A DNA stretch of 64,000 nt from Eledone cirrhosa (GCA_964016885.1 OZ024743.1:42222001-42286000), one strand, 5' to 3'; shown: positions 12,167-26,500, counted from the first letter of the stretch. Made by a program: numbers and translations. Notes: a model not told the origin generated them from the sequence alone.

Positions 12167-14517
12167 GATTTCTTTATTGGCCACAAGAGCTGACATCAAG
12201 AAAAACATTACAGACGGCACAGTACGGTACAGGACGGTACGATATGTGTTTTGTGCGTGTAAATATTTTTATTATTTATATAAGAAAAGGAAAAAAAGAC
12301 ATAGAAACATATATATAAATAATATAAATGAAAATTGAAACAATGAAACATTCCCCAATACGGGGGGGGGGGGTAACCTACGAGGGTTACTCGTGGCGAA
12401 AACCACACAAAAGACCCCGGCCTCCGTGACCACCATGGCACGCGCCCTCTCTCAATTTTTCCATTTCTCAAACTACAGACGTATATTCAGAGCGGTCCCG
12501 TTCACTCGGACCATTCTCGCTACATTCACTCACCTTTCAACAAACTTGCTAGAAGGCAGCACTTGTCTCTCCACCCTGGTTTTCCTATTCAAGTGAAACT
12601 TAAGAAAGTTAATTAGAGATTCGTCGAAGGGGAAAGTGTCTGTCTTTAACCCTTTCAACCTTGTCAACCACACAATCTCTTTCGCCATGGTCACCAGGCA
12701 GATGAAAACCGCCAGCCCTTCCTCCTCGAAGGAAGACGGCGAGACCATCTGCACAATGGACTCAGTCGATAACCGTATCAGTCCTACACACAACAGGAAC
12801 TGTTCGACATAGCTCCACAAGTCAGCAATGCTCGGGCACTGAACGAGTGCGTGCACGACGGTTTCGTCGCTATGCGCGCATCTCGGACAGCCTCGGCTGA
12901 TGGCACTTCCGTGCGTGTAGATCTTATCTCGAACCGGCAGCGCACCCCGGTAGCACTGCCAGGCCAGGGAATTTTGGAAGTTATCCATAGGCCCTGGGCT
13001 GAAAGTTCTCCGGAACAGAGCAAACAGCTGATCTTCTTCGACGCCCAGGATCTCTCCCGGAACGGCGTGGATCTTCCCCTCCACTAGTCCTCTATAGAAC
13101 ACCGAGGTGGATGTTCCACCGATACTGGTGCCCAGCTGGTAGAGGTCAGTGAGCGTCTGGAGACATTCCAGTTTCCAAGCGCTATCCCGCGGTCTTTTTC
13201 TGACCCAGGACTGCAGCTCCGTCAAGAAGACGAGCTGTGGTAAAACGTGCTGGCGAACGGCAACCACATCTGTTCACCGTCAAGGAAGCACCAGAGATGT
13301 CGCAGCCTCAGCACACGTTTGTGCGTCATCAGCCATGGCATTCCCAGTCCTCCACGCAACGGGTGTTGACAGCAGATGGATCATCTGACCATGGGAGCGC
13401 ATTCCTTCCACAAAAGGCGGAAGAGGAGGCAATCCATTTTGGTGAGAGTTGGGCCGGGGCAAGGGACGACGGTGAGGTGGTAGCAGATGACGGATGCGAT
13501 GTACGCATTCGCCACCTCCGCCCGGCCTTTCAGGGACAGCTTCCGCTCGGCCCATTTCTGGGTGAGGAAGGCCACCTTGCTCGTCAACTCGTTCCAGTTT
13601 TTCACCATCTGGAGGTCTGGTCCGAACCAGACCCCGAGCAATTTAACCGGTCCGTCCGTCCAACGCCCCACGAAGCTGTCGGACGCCATGGACTTGCCTC
13701 TCCGGGCGCCGAGCTGCAAGCCCACCGACTTTTCCTGGTTTATCTTTGCTCCTGTCACCGCTTCGTATTCCTTGAGAGCGGTACCGAGCATCTGGACGTG
13801 TCTGCTGCTCGACACCACCAGGGCGACGTCGTCGGCGTAAGCCAACTCGGATTTCCCGCATCCTAGTTCGCGTGATACGCCCCTCATCGTCCCCAGTTTG
13901 TGTAGTAACTGCTCGAGAGCCAATACGTACAAGAGGGACGAGAGGGGACAACCCTGGTGGACTGATCGCATGATGCTTATCGGCTGCGACAGGTGACCGT
14001 TCACCCTCACAACTGAGCAGATGTCGCTGTACATCGCAGCGATCTAACCCCTGAAATCGGGCCCGAAACCGGCTGCCTCGAGGACCGCCGCCAGGTACCG
14101 ATGGTCGACCCTATCGAATGCGGTAGTAGATGACGGATGCGATGTATGCATTCGCCACCTCCGCTCGACCTTTAGGGATAGCTTCCTCTCAGCCCATTTC
14201 TGGGTGAGAGAAGCCACCCTGCTCGTCACCTCGTCCCAGTTTTTGTCCGTCTGGAGGTCTGGACCGAAGCAGACCCCTAGCAACTTAACCGGTCCGTCCG
14301 TCCAGCGCCCGACGACGCTGTTGGACGGCATGGACCTGCCTCTCCAGGTGCCGAGCTGCAGGCCCACTGACTTTTCCTGGTTGATCCAAGTTGATCAGGG
14401 CACCACCCGTGTCAGGTTCCTTAACTATGATGTATCGCATGAGGTGGAGGTTGTCGTGTATGGATTTGTGCAGAATGGCGCATGTCTGCGCCTCTCCCAC
14501 CAGACCATTGACGACAA
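12167..14517 (-). mobile_element. Tx1-A: 5'-truncated, decayed Tx1-clade LINE (RT + C-terminal CCHC)
   Basis: ORF pieces 13381-14034 (QGCPLSS, YADD) and 12530-13267 (CPRC..ETVVHALVQC); 3' end AATAAAGAAATC then an ATT tract. Confidence 0.9.
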
Positions 14518-14571
<54 letters not shown>

Positions 14572-14814
14572 GGTTTCTTTATTAACCACAAGGGTTTACA
14601 TAAAGTAGACATTAAGGACAGTACATGACAATACAGGACGGTACAAATGGGCATTTATGCGTGTAAAAAAACAGGTGTTGAAATAAAATAACAAAGAAAA
14701 ATTCCCCAAAAGGGGGGAGACTTCCGAGGGACATTTGTGGAGAAAGCCCATTAAAAGACCACAGTGGCCCTGACCACCAGGGCAAGTGCCCTCTCCCAGT
14801 TTTCCACCTTTAAT

Positions 14815-17800
14815 TTACAGACACATACTCAGAGAAGGCCCATTCATTCGGGCCATACTTGCTTCTCTCACCCATCTTTCAACAAAATGCTGGGAAGAGA
14901 GCACTTCCCTCTCTACCCTGATTTTCCTTTTCAAATGAAATTTGAAAAAGTTAATCAGGGCATCACCGAAGAGGTAAGTGCTCGTCTTCAGCCCTTTCAA
15001 ACGTGTCGACCATACTATCTCTTTCGCCATGGCCACCAGACAGATAAAAACTGCCTGCCCTTCCGGCTAAAGGAAGGGGTCGGGGCAATCCTCACGATGG
15101 ACTCAGCTGATAGCAGGTGTTCGACATAAACCCACAAGTCAGCAATGCTCGGACACTGGACGAGTGCGTGCAGGATGATTTCGTCGCCCTGCGCGCATCT
15201 CGGACATGCCCGGCTGACGGCACCACCATGCCTGTAGAGTTTATCCCGAACTGGCAAAGCTTCACGGTAGCACTGCCAGGCCAGGGATTTCTGGAAGTTG
15301 TCCATAGGCCCCGGCCCGAAAGTCCTTCCGAAGAGATTGGCTAGTTGATTTTCGTCGACGCCTAGAGTTTCTCCAAGTACTTCGTCGCTCTTCCCCTCCA
15401 CTAATCCCCTATAGAACGCCAAGGTGGAGTTTCCACCGATCACATTGCCCGATTGGTCGAGGGCTGTGAGCGCCTGAAGACATTCCAGTCTCCAAGCGCT
15501 CCCTCTCGGTCTTGGCTTGACCCAGGACTGCAGCTCCGTCAAGGAGACGAGCTGGGGAAAAACGTGTCTCGCAAACGGCGACCACACCTGATCACCGTCG
15601 AGGAAGAGGTGGAGATGTCGTAGCCTGAGCGCGTGTCTGCGCATCATCAGCCACGGCATGCCCAGCCCTCCACGTAGCGGGTGTTGACAGCAGATGGACC
15701 GCCTGACCATCGGAGCGCGTCCCTTACACAAGAAGCGAAAGAGCAAACGCTCCAGCGCAGTCAGGCGGGGCTTAGGACAAGGTACGACGGTCAGGCGGTA
15801 GTAGATGACGGATGCGATGTATGCATTCGCCACCTCCGCTCGACCTTTAGGGATAGCTTCCTCTCAGCCCATTTCTGGGTGAGAGAAGCCACCCTGCTCG
15901 TCACCTCGTCCCAGTTTTTGTCCGTCTGGAGGTCTGGACCGAAGCAGACCCCTAGCAACTTAACCGGTCCGTCCGTCCAGCGCCCGACGACGCTGTTGGA
16001 CGGCATGGACCTGCCTCTCCAGGTGCCGAGCTGCAGGCCCACTGACTTTTCCTGGTTGATCATTGCTCCTGTCACCGCTTCGTATTCTCTTAGTGTAGTG
16101 CCGATCGCCTCAATGTGTTTGGCGTTCGACACCAATACAGTGACATCGTCGGCATATGCTGACACGGATCTTCCGCATCCTAGTTCGCGCGGGATCCCCC
16201 TCAACGTCTCCAGTTTGTGCAGTAATGGCTCGAGAGTCAATACGTACAATAGGGACGAGAGGGGACATCCTTGGCGGACCGAGCGCATGATGTTGAACGG
16301 TTCCGAAAGGTGACCGTTCACTCTCACTACAGAGCAGATGTCGCTGTGCATGGCAGCGATCCAGCCTCTGAAGACGGGCCCAAAGCCAGCCGCCCTCAGG
16401 ACTGCCTCTAGGTAACGATGGTCGACCCTATCGAAGGCTTTCGATTGATCTAAATTGATCAAAGACCCACCCTTGCCAGGTTCCCTAGCTACCCTCTCTA
16501 CGATGTATCGCATGAGGTGGAGGTTGTCGTGGATGGATCTGTCGGGAATGGCGCATGTCTGTGCCTCTCCCACGAGACCACCAACGACAAGCGCCAACCT
16601 CTTTGCTAGCACCTTGGCCAAAATCTTGAACTCTGTGTTTAGCAGAGTTATGGGCCTAAAATTATCTATGTTATCCCCCTTGTTCGGATCCTTTCTCAGC
16701 AGCGCCACCGCTCCTCGGCTCACAGAGCTGGGAATTCTCCCGTTCTGTTGCCAGTTGCAGTAGACGTCCGCCAAGAGGCCTTCGAACAAGTTTGGCATTT
16801 GTACGTAAAGTTCATAGGGCAGACCATCCAAACCAGGCGATTTACCCCTTGTGCAACTAGTCATTGCATCCCGTACTTCAGCGGTTGTTATCGGCTTTTC
16901 GCAACACTCCGCCTCAGTGGCCGAAAGCCGCGGCAGTCCGTCGAGGTAGACACTAAAGTCCATCCCTCGATCCGGCCCGCCACTGCCCCCGAACATTTGA
17001 GCGAAGTGTCGCTGAAAAGCTTCACACATTTGCCCGGGATCGAGTAGCATGCGCCCGTCGTGGTCCACCAAAGACCGGATCGTGGCTTTGTTGCCACGAC
17101 GCGCCTCCGCCACTCGGGCCCATTGAACGGCTTTCGTCCCCTCGTGTCTGAGAGCACGCACCCTAGCTCTGACAACGCAGCCTTCGTGCTTTGCATTGAC
17201 GAATTGGTCAAGGGTCAATTTCGCCGCAAGCACGTCGGTCGCGATGCCTTTGCTAAGCGCCTCATCTAATTTTCTAACTAGTTCTCCCTCTGCTCTATAT
17301 TTCTCTATTGCTAAAGTCTTACTAAACCTAATGGACACTATTCTAATTGCTCTTTTCAGAGCAAACTACCACTTGTTGTTGAGATGGCCCCCGTCAGCGC
17401 CCGCTTAACTAGTTCGCTAATCCGGTCTCTGTAGGCCTTGCGCGCTGGTAAGGACGCGTTTAGCTTCCAGTAGCCGGGTCCTCGCCTATGAAGCCTATCT
17501 AAGTCAAGTACACAGATCACGAATTTGTGGTCCGTGTAGCTGACTATCTTGAATTGTGGACAGCCTATGCTAGACCTATCTATTTCCCTACAAAATACAC
17601 TATCTAGATATGATCTGGATGACCCTATGCGATTTGTCCAAGTCCACATTGGTACATTCGGGAAATCCATTCGGTACCTGTCAGACAGTTCAAAACGTCT
17701 GAGCAGGTTGGTGAGACTCTTGCACCCTCCTTCCCTATCCACTAATCCCACACAATCCCAGCGTGCATCTAAGATCCCGTTCCAGTCGCCCACTAACACT

Positions 17801-18207
17801 AAAGAGCGGGACGTTCCAAGAAAAGTCTCCAGACGCCGGAAGAAATCAGGCCGCCCTGCTCCTGTTGGGGCATAGACGGCCACTAACCTGAAAGCTTGCC
17901 CGTCTCCGCTGGTCACGTCCAGCACCACCAACTTACCTTCTGGGTCCAGGAAGATGGCCCGTATGGCAAGATCCAAACCTCTCCGAAAAAGCACAGCTAC
18001 TCCTCCCCCCGATCCCGGACGGCTGGGAGATGCGTACACATCGTAGCCGCTGAAGATCGGTGCGAAAGCCTGTGCTTCGGAGATTCTGGTCTCGCTGATG
18101 GCCACTACATCTATGTTTAGTGACCTGAGGTCGTTGAGCAGGTGGCGCTGCTTCCCTGACGACCCCAAGCCACGCGCATTTATGCTGCCTATTCTGAGTG
18201 AGGTCAT
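14815..18207 (-). pseudogene. Tx1-B ORF2 (APE endonuclease, RT, CCHC), split into four frames
   Basis: GSINARGL, VAISET, VYAP, GDWN, TDH; KSPGLDG, FRPITLLN, KAFDRV, YADD; CPRC..H...C. Confidence 0.9.
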
Positions 18208-18241
18208 GTTGAAAAGGAGTGGAAAAGATGGGAAAGACCAC

Positions 18242-20228
18242 TTACCTTACTTCTCGTAGGGGAAGGACGGTTTTTCCATCCTTTTCACTGCTTGTGGCCT
18301 CCTCAGGAAGGATGTCCTTATAAATCCTCCTGGAGAGTGCTTGTCGGAAGTCTCCGATGTCTTTGGGGAATTTTTGTTTTAGTGTCATGTACGTTTTCTG
18401 TGTGATGCGAGTGAATTGTATGTGTGGAGGTGGTGTGAATTTTGGGGTTGTTGTGTAGTCTTTTTCTGTGATGCTGGTGTTGTGTTGGATGTAGTGTAAT
18501 AATTGCTTGTTGTTCAAATTTAATGCTGTGTAGTGTGTATCGTTTTGGTTGTTTTGTTTTGTTTGCGTTTGTTGTGAGTTTGTTTCTGTTTCGCATTTTG
18601 GTGACTTTTGTGGTGTAGGTGATGGTGGTGTTGGAGTTAATGATGGTGATGGTGTTGGTGTTTGGGTTGATGGGGTTGGTGATGCTGGTGTGGATGGTGG
18701 CATATCTGTCCTAACTTTTTTGTTTCTTAGTTTATTTGTTTCCCTCTGTATTTTGTTTTTGGAGGGGGAAGGAAGATAATTTGTTCTTTTTTGGTTTCTT
18801 TTTTTTTTTCCGGATATCGTTTCCCACTCCTCGTCGTCACAATCTGTCTCCAGTTGTGATAGGCCGGGGAGTGGAAAATCCTCCACAGCCGTTAGTTTTG
18901 GTTGTGGTGTGGTGGATGGTGTAGGCGCTGGTGCTAGTTCTGAAGCGTTGGGTGGTGGTGGTGTTGGTTTTACTGGTGGTGGTAGTGGTGTTGGTTTTGC
19001 TACTGTTGCTGGGGTTGTTGCTGTTATAGTTGCTTCTGTTGTTGCTGCTACAGTTGTTGCTGCCATCTCTGCTACTGGTGGTGTTGATGGTTGTGTCACT
19101 GGGGTGGGTAGGAGAGGTGACCTCAACCTTTTAGCCTGAGGGCAGAAAGCCCTTAGGTGGGTTCCTTCACCACAAACGACACACCTAGGTCTTCTGCCCT
19201 CGACAATTACCGTGAGGTGGCTGCCGTCAGTGAGGTCTATTACCTCTGGGATCTCCTCAATGCTTTTTTGGTCCGCTTGGATCAGGAGCTCCATCCCAGA
19301 TCCGGACCAGTTTTCCTGCTTTTCTTTTGCTATTGTTATTATTTTCGTGTTGGCCTCGATGCCGGCGAGGACAGCCGCTATTAGCCAGGGAATTTTGATG
19401 GCCGGTGGAACGTGGGTCACCCTGATCTTTACGAGTCTCTGGCCACAATAGCTTGGGACGAGTGTGAAGTCGTCACTTTTTAATGGGGCCATGGAGTGTT
19501 CTCTAGCCTCCTCTGGTGTTTCAAAGAACACATCCACGGTTCCATACTTTTGCCCACGTCTGATGTGGGTTTTTCTTGCCCACAAATGTCCCAAAGCTTT
19601 TTGGATTTGGGACTCGGATGCCCGTTCCACTCGGCGCGATTCTACATTTATTGTTCTATATGACACGGTGCATAGGCGCCGATGCTCCATTTTATTAGGT
19701 GGGTGGGTGAGGCTGACCCTGTACCCATCTTTCTTTACCATTTGTTTGGCATTTTCTAAATCTTCTTGAGTTACGGTAAATGCTTCGAATTGTTTTGCTA
19801 CTCTGGCGAAACTGAGGGGAGGGGGTTATAATGTCATTGTTGTTGTTGTTGCTATCGTTAATATTAATTTTATTTTCAATTGTGGTGGTGGTGACGTCAG
19901 TCGTCTTTGGTGGGGAAGAGTCCATTTTGCTTGATTTCATTTCGACATCACGAGTTAATTTATTTTTTTCTTCTTTTGTTTCTGTTGTCGCGGTGGTGGT
20001 GGTGGTGGTGGTTGTCGTGGTGGTGGTGGTGGTGGAGGCTTTAACACCTGCAGTCATTGGTAATGGCGGAAAATGAATGTCTGCCTGAGACAAATTTAAA
20101 ATATTGCTACTGCTTATATTTTTTTTTGTGTTGGCAAACGTAGTAACATTTACAATGGTGGTGTCGGTGTGAGGTGTTATTTTGTGAGGAAGGCTTTCAG
20201 CTGCTTCGTGCAGAGGTGAAGTAGCCAT
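18242..20228 (-). pseudogene. Tx1-B ORF1 (gag-like, single CCHC knuckle), one frameshift near 19740
   Basis: ORFs 19695-20228 and 18242-19741; CVVCGEGTHLRAFC; homologous to but very diverged from Tx1-F ORF1. Confidence 0.85.
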
Positions 20229-20438
20229 TTTTTTTTCAAAGAAATTTTTTGATAATAATAAAAGTTAAAATTTTGGGCACAAGGCCCCAATCTTTTTAGG
20301 TGTCCTTTTCGGAAAACAATGTATGTGTGCTTATAAACAGTTTACAATAAAATTTTCCATAAATGGCAATTTTTAAACATACGGAAATAACAAAACTTTG
20401 CGGAGCTCACGATAATACGATTTCCTACGTAGGTCGCC

Positions 20439-20487
<49 letters not shown>

Positions 20488-20491
<4 letters not shown>

Positions 20492-21108
20492 ATTGGATAA
20501 TGTGCAAACATACATTGGATAATATGCAAGCATTTTGACCTGCCCCATCAAAAGAATTGGTGGGAGCATTAACCACCTCCCATACTTGAAAAAGATCACA
20601 TCTCAATCTTGTGGAACTTTAGCATCCAAACAGACCGAAAAATAGATGCAAATAGACCTGATATAATATTGAAGGACTTTCAAAGGAGGGTATGCCTGCT
20701 AATTGATATGTCTGTTCCAATAGACAAGAATGTATCTATAAAAACATTTGAAAAATTGAGCAAGTATAAGGACCTGGAGATAGAAATTGTAAAAATGTGG
20801 AAATTGAGAACTAAAACAATACCAGTGGTTGTAGGTGCTCTGGGAATGATACCTAAGGGGTCTAACGACTACTTATCGCAAATCCCAGGAAACCCGCGTA
20901 TAGGAGAAATACAAAAGATAGTACTAATGGGAACTGCCCATATACTAAGGAAGATCCTGTCAATATAAGTACATCACAAGTCTAAACACTAAGGATGCAT
21001 GTGTGAATATGTGTGTTCTTTCTTGAACATGGCGGACCTTGTTGTCTCTTGAGGTCACTGGTTGTGACTTGGTGATAACTCGTATAAACATAAAGCAAGA
21101 TAAATGCA
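20488..21108 (+). mobile_element. Dong-1a: severely 5'-truncated R4/Dong-like copy (RLE domain + 3' UTR)
   Basis: ORF 20609-20968 RPDIILKD..LIDMS..KLSKY, near-identical to the end of 48801-52451; (TAA)n tail. Confidence 0.9.
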
Positions 21109-21280
<172 letters not shown>

Positions 21281-21283
<3 letters not shown>

Positions 21284-23555
21284 GATACCTTCATGGTTAG
21301 TTAACGGCATTACATTCCTGCTTCCGAAGAATGATGAGACAAACAATCCCAAAAATTACAGACCGATAACTTGCTTGACCACAATGTATAATATTTTAAC
21401 ATCAGTCCTAACTGAATACACATATGACCACCTGATAACAAATGACCTATTCCCCATTGAGCAGAAAGGGTGTAAACGAGGCTCATATGGCTGTAAGGAT
21501 CAGCTTCTGGTTAACAAAATGATACTGGAAGATTGTCATAATAGACACAAAAATCTATCGATTGCTTGGATAGATTATAAAAAAGCATTTGATAGTTTGC
21601 CACACAGTTGGATTGAAAAATGTTTAGAGATTTTCAAAGTATCCCCCCTTGTCAGGAGGTTTTTGTCATTCAGTATGAAGACATGGAAAACGACACTCCT
21701 TTTGAATAGTGAAACAAAATCACTGGAAGCTGGAGAAGTTAATATTAATTGTGGAATTGTTTAGGGTGACTCTTTATCACCGCTTTTATTCTGCATCGCA
21801 CTTATACCATTAAGTAAAATGCTCAATGAAACAAAACATGGATATAAAGTCTATGACAAAACCATTAATCACCTGTTCTACATGGATGAACTGAAACTAT
21901 TTGCAAAAAATGATGAACAAATGATGAAGCAGTTCAGTGATGGCATTAAAATGGAGTTTGGACTAGATAAATGCGCCAAAGCAACGTTCACCAGAGGAAA
22001 GCTGCTGAAGAGTTCAGACATTAATCTTGATCGGGGGAACGTGATAAGAGAACCTGATCAAAAAAAAACTTACAAATATCTAGGTGTTTGTGAAGGAGAC
22101 GGAATCAAGCACTCGACAATGAGGGAAAGGATAAGGAAGGAATGTTACCGCAGAGTAAGAGCAATCTTAAGAACGGAATTGAATGCAAGGAATAGGATCG
22201 ATGCCATAAACACGCTTGCCATACCAGTAGTAACCTACAGTTACAATGTCATCAACTGGTCAAGCACAGAGATCCGTAGGCTCGATACAAAAATTCGAAA
22301 ATTCTTAACCTTGCACAGAATGCATCACCCTAAGGCAGATATAGATAGAATATATCTCCCTAGGAAAGAAGGAGGACGTGGGTTAATCCAGTTAGACATT
22401 GCGTTGAAAACTGCAACAATTGGATTATCTACATATCTAAGGGAATCACATGATTGGATGATCAAACTCGTTTTGAAACACGAAAGCATCAAAAGATCAT
22501 ATTCCATTACAAAAGATGCACAACGATACAGTAACGGACTACAAATTTCAGGAGTCCCATTTACTGCTGAAATGGAAAACACAGAAAAAGCAAAGCAGGT
22601 AAAAGTAACTGCAAAGAAAGAACTGCTACAGAAACTGGCTAAGAAATGGCAAGAAAAGCCTCTGTATGGAAAATACCCAGAGCGAGCTAACAATCCTGAT
22701 GTTGACAAAACTTTAACCCATCAGTGGTTGGCATCCTCTGGACTGAAATCGGAGACTGAAGGACTGATTATATCCGCACAAGATCAGTGTCTGCCAACAA
22801 AAAATTACCAAGCCAACATAATAAAAAATGGGTGCAGCCCATTATGCCGTGTATGCAAAAAACAACCAGAGACCATTGACCATATAATTTCAATGTGCAG
22901 TCCTATAGCTCCAACCGAATACCTAAACAGGCATGACAGAGTTGCACAATACATACATTGGATAATGTGTAAGCATTTTGACCTGCCCCATCAAAAGAAT
23001 TGGTGGGAGCATCAACCACCTCCCATACTTGAAAAAGATCACATCTCAATCTTGTGGAACTTTAGCATCCAAACAGACCGAAAAATAGATGCAAACAGAC
23101 CTGAGATAATATTGAAGGACTTTCAAAAGAGGGTATGCCTGCTAATTGATATGTCTGTTCCAATAGACAAGAATGTATCTATAAAAACATTTGAAAAATT
23201 GAGCAAGTATAAGGACCTGGAGATGGAAATTGGAAAAATGTGGAAATTGAGAACTAAAACAATACCAGTGGTTGTAGGCGCTCTGGGAATGATACCTAAG
23301 GGGGCTAATGATTACTTATCGCAAATCCCAGGAAACCCGCGTATAGGAGAAATACAAAAGATAGTACTAATGGGAACTGCCCATATACTAAGGAAGATGT
23401 TGTCAATATAAGTACATCACAAGTCTAAACACTAAAGATGCATGTGTGAATATGTATGTTCTTTCTTGAACAAGGTGGACCTTGTTGTCTCTTGAGGTCA
23501 CTGGTTGTGACTTGGTGAAAACTCGTATGAACATAAAGCAAGATAAATGCAACTG
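21281..23555 (+). mobile_element. Dong-1b: 5'-truncated R4/Dong-like copy with stop and deletion in RT
   Basis: ORFs 21375-21764 and 21819-23411; YMDE replaces YMDD; CCHC, RHD and PD..D motifs; (TAA)n tail. Confidence 0.92.
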
Positions 23556-23577
23556 TAATAATAATAATAATAATAAT

Positions 23578-26500
23578 TTCATTATTAGCCACAAGGGCCG
23601 ACATGTAGGGGACAATACAAAGACAGGGACAGTGGGGGTTTACAATAAGGTCGAGTAAAAGTGCACAATGGCAAGACTAATTTAACAATGAAAATATAAA
23701 AATATAAAATAAACTATGCATAAATATAGCAAAATAAATTCTCCGATAGGGGGTGGACGACCCTGGGGTGACTCGGGTACCCCACTAATCCTGAACCACT
23801 CTTCGCTTCTAGGGCACCCAGGGAGAGCACCCCTCTCCTCAAGTAAGCTAGCCTATAGGCGCATGGTCAGAGTAGGCCCATTCACACAAGCCATTCTCTC
23901 CACATTCACCCACCTTTTAGCAAATGTACTGGGGGGCAGCAGTTCCTTCTCCACCCTCACCTTCCTTTACAGGTGAAACTTGAAGAAGTTGATGAGGGAT
24001 TGGCCGAAGAGCAAAGTGTCTGTCTTCAGTCCTTTTAACCTGGTCCACCATATAACCTCTTTCGCAACTTCCACCAGATAGAGGAAAATGTCCTGCTCTT
24101 CCTGACCTAAGGAAGGCGGTGGATCGATCTTCACTATGGACTCGGCCGATAGCCGGATTCGTTCCAAACGCGACAGTAGCTGATCGACATAACACCACAA
24201 GTCAGTAATGCACGGACATTGGACAAGTGTGTGCAGAACGGTTTCGGCGTTCTGTGCGCATCTAGGGCAGGTCCGTCTGACAGCACTTCCGTGCCTGTAG
24301 AGTTTATCCTGAACCGGCAGTGCCCCCAGTAGCACTGCCAAGCGAGGGATTTCTGGAAATTGTCCATCGTCCCCGGCTCAAAAGTCCTCCGGTACAGACT
24401 GGTCAGTTCGACTTCGTCGAGGCCCAAATCTTTTCCGAGTGCGTCATCCCACTTGCCCACCACTAATCCTCTATAGGACTCGAGAGTGGAAGTTCCACTG
24501 ATCGCATTGCCCGCTTGGTAGAGGGCAGTGAGTGCCTGGCAACATTCCAGGTGCCAGTCACCCAGTCTCGGTCTCTTCTTGACCCAGGACTGCAGTTCAG
24601 TCAAAGAAATGAGCTGCGGAAAATCCCGTCTGATAAACGACGACCACACCCGTTCACCGTTGAGGCAGAATATCTGGAGATGTCGCAGCCTCAACACATG
24701 ACTGCGCATCATTAGCCACGGCATGCCCAGCCCTCCGCGTAAAGGGTGCTGGCAGCAGATGGACCGCCTCTACAACCTAACTTGTCCTCTCCACAATAAT
24801 TTGAAGAGGAGCCGTTCCAACTTGACGAAGCCCAGACGGGGGCAAGGTACGACGGTCAGGCGGTAGTAGACGACGGACGCAATGTACGCATTCGCCATCT
24901 CCGCGCGACCTTTCAGTGATAGCTTCCTCCCAGCCCATTTTGGGGTGAGACTGGCTACTCTGTTCGTTACCTCATCCTAATTCTTTTCCACCTGGAGGTC
25001 TGGTCCGAACCAAATCCCGAGCCACTTTACCGTTGCGTCCGTCCAGTGCCCCACGACGCTGCTGGACGGCATGGGCTTTCCTCTCCAGGTTCCGAGCTGC
25101 AAGCTCACCAACTTTTCCGGGTTAAGTTTGGCTCCTGTCAACCTTTCATATTCCTTCAATAAGGTGCCGACCACCTCGATTTATGAGGTGTTCGACACCA
25201 TCACGGTGATGTCGTCCGCATAAGCCGACACCGCCTTTCCACGTCCCGGTTCGAGCGGGATGCCCTGCAACAGCTCCAGCTTCCGCAGAAAAGTCTCGAG
25301 AGTCAATACGTACAGAAGGAAAGAGAGAGGGTACACTTGACGGAGCGATCGGGAGAGCCGAAATGGTTCCGAGAGGTGGCCATTAACCTTGACCACCGAG
25401 CGTGTGCCAATGTGCATTGCAGCGATCCAGCTTCTACAGACAGGGCCGAAGCCAGCTGCTTTGAGGACATACTCCAAATACCTATGGTCGACCCTATCGA
25501 ATGCTTTCGATTGATCTAAATTGATCAGTTCCCCACCTGTGTGTGCGTTTATTGTTTTGTACACCCTACCCTCTCTATGATGTATCGTATGAGGTGGAGA
25601 TTGTCGTGTATGGACCTTGCTGGGATTGCGCAAGTTTGCGCCTCCCCAACCAAATCCTCGACGACAAGCGCCGATCTCTTTGCTAACACCTTGGCCAAAA
25701 TCTTAAACTATATGTTAGGCAGAGTTATGGGCCTGAAGTTGTCTAGTGTATCCCTCTTGTTCTCGTCTTTCCTTATCAGCATCACCACTCCCCTGCTGAC
25801 AGGACTGGGAATACTCCCATTCTGCTGCCAGTTGCAGTAGAGTGCTTCGAGGAGTTGGAGAACAAGTCTGGCATATTTACCTAAAGCTCGCAGGGAAGGC
25901 CATCCAAGCTGGGTGACTTGCGCCTCATGCAGCCGACAAGGGCGTCCTGAATTTCGGCTGAAGTAATCGGCCTTTCGCAGCGCTCAGCGTCGACCGTCGA
26001 GATGCGCAGGAAAGCCGTCAGGGTAGGGACTGTAATCCGCTACTCGCTCTGACTCGCCACTCTCCCCGAACAACCGAGCAAAGTGATGGCGAAAGGCCTC
26101 ACACATCCGCTTGGAATCGTTTATCTTGTGTCCATCTCGGTCCGCCAAAGACCGAATTGTGGTTTTATTACCACGCTGCGCCTCCTCCACGATGGCCCAT
26201 CGAACAGCTTTCGTTCCCTCGTTTCTCAGCGCACGCGCCTTAGCTCTTACAATGCAACCTTCGTGTTTGGCATTGAAGAAATGGTCTAATGCCATTCTCG
26301 CCGCTAGCACGTCAGTTGCAATGCCACTACAAATAGCCTCGTCTAACTTATCTACCAGCTCCCCCTACTTTCTATTTTTCTCTAACGCTAGTTCTTTGCT
26401 GAACTCTATCGAAGTTACTCTAATCTCTCTTTTGAGAGCCCCCCACCATCTGTTGTTGATGATCCCCCCTGTCAACTTTTGCTTAACTAAATTGTTGACT

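Larger units (their letters stand above)
14572..20438 (-). mobile_element. Tx1-B: full-length Tx1-clade LINE, both ORFs frameshifted
   Basis: 5' UTR, ORF1, ORF2 and 3' UTR between two (AAT)n tracts. Confidence 0.92.
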
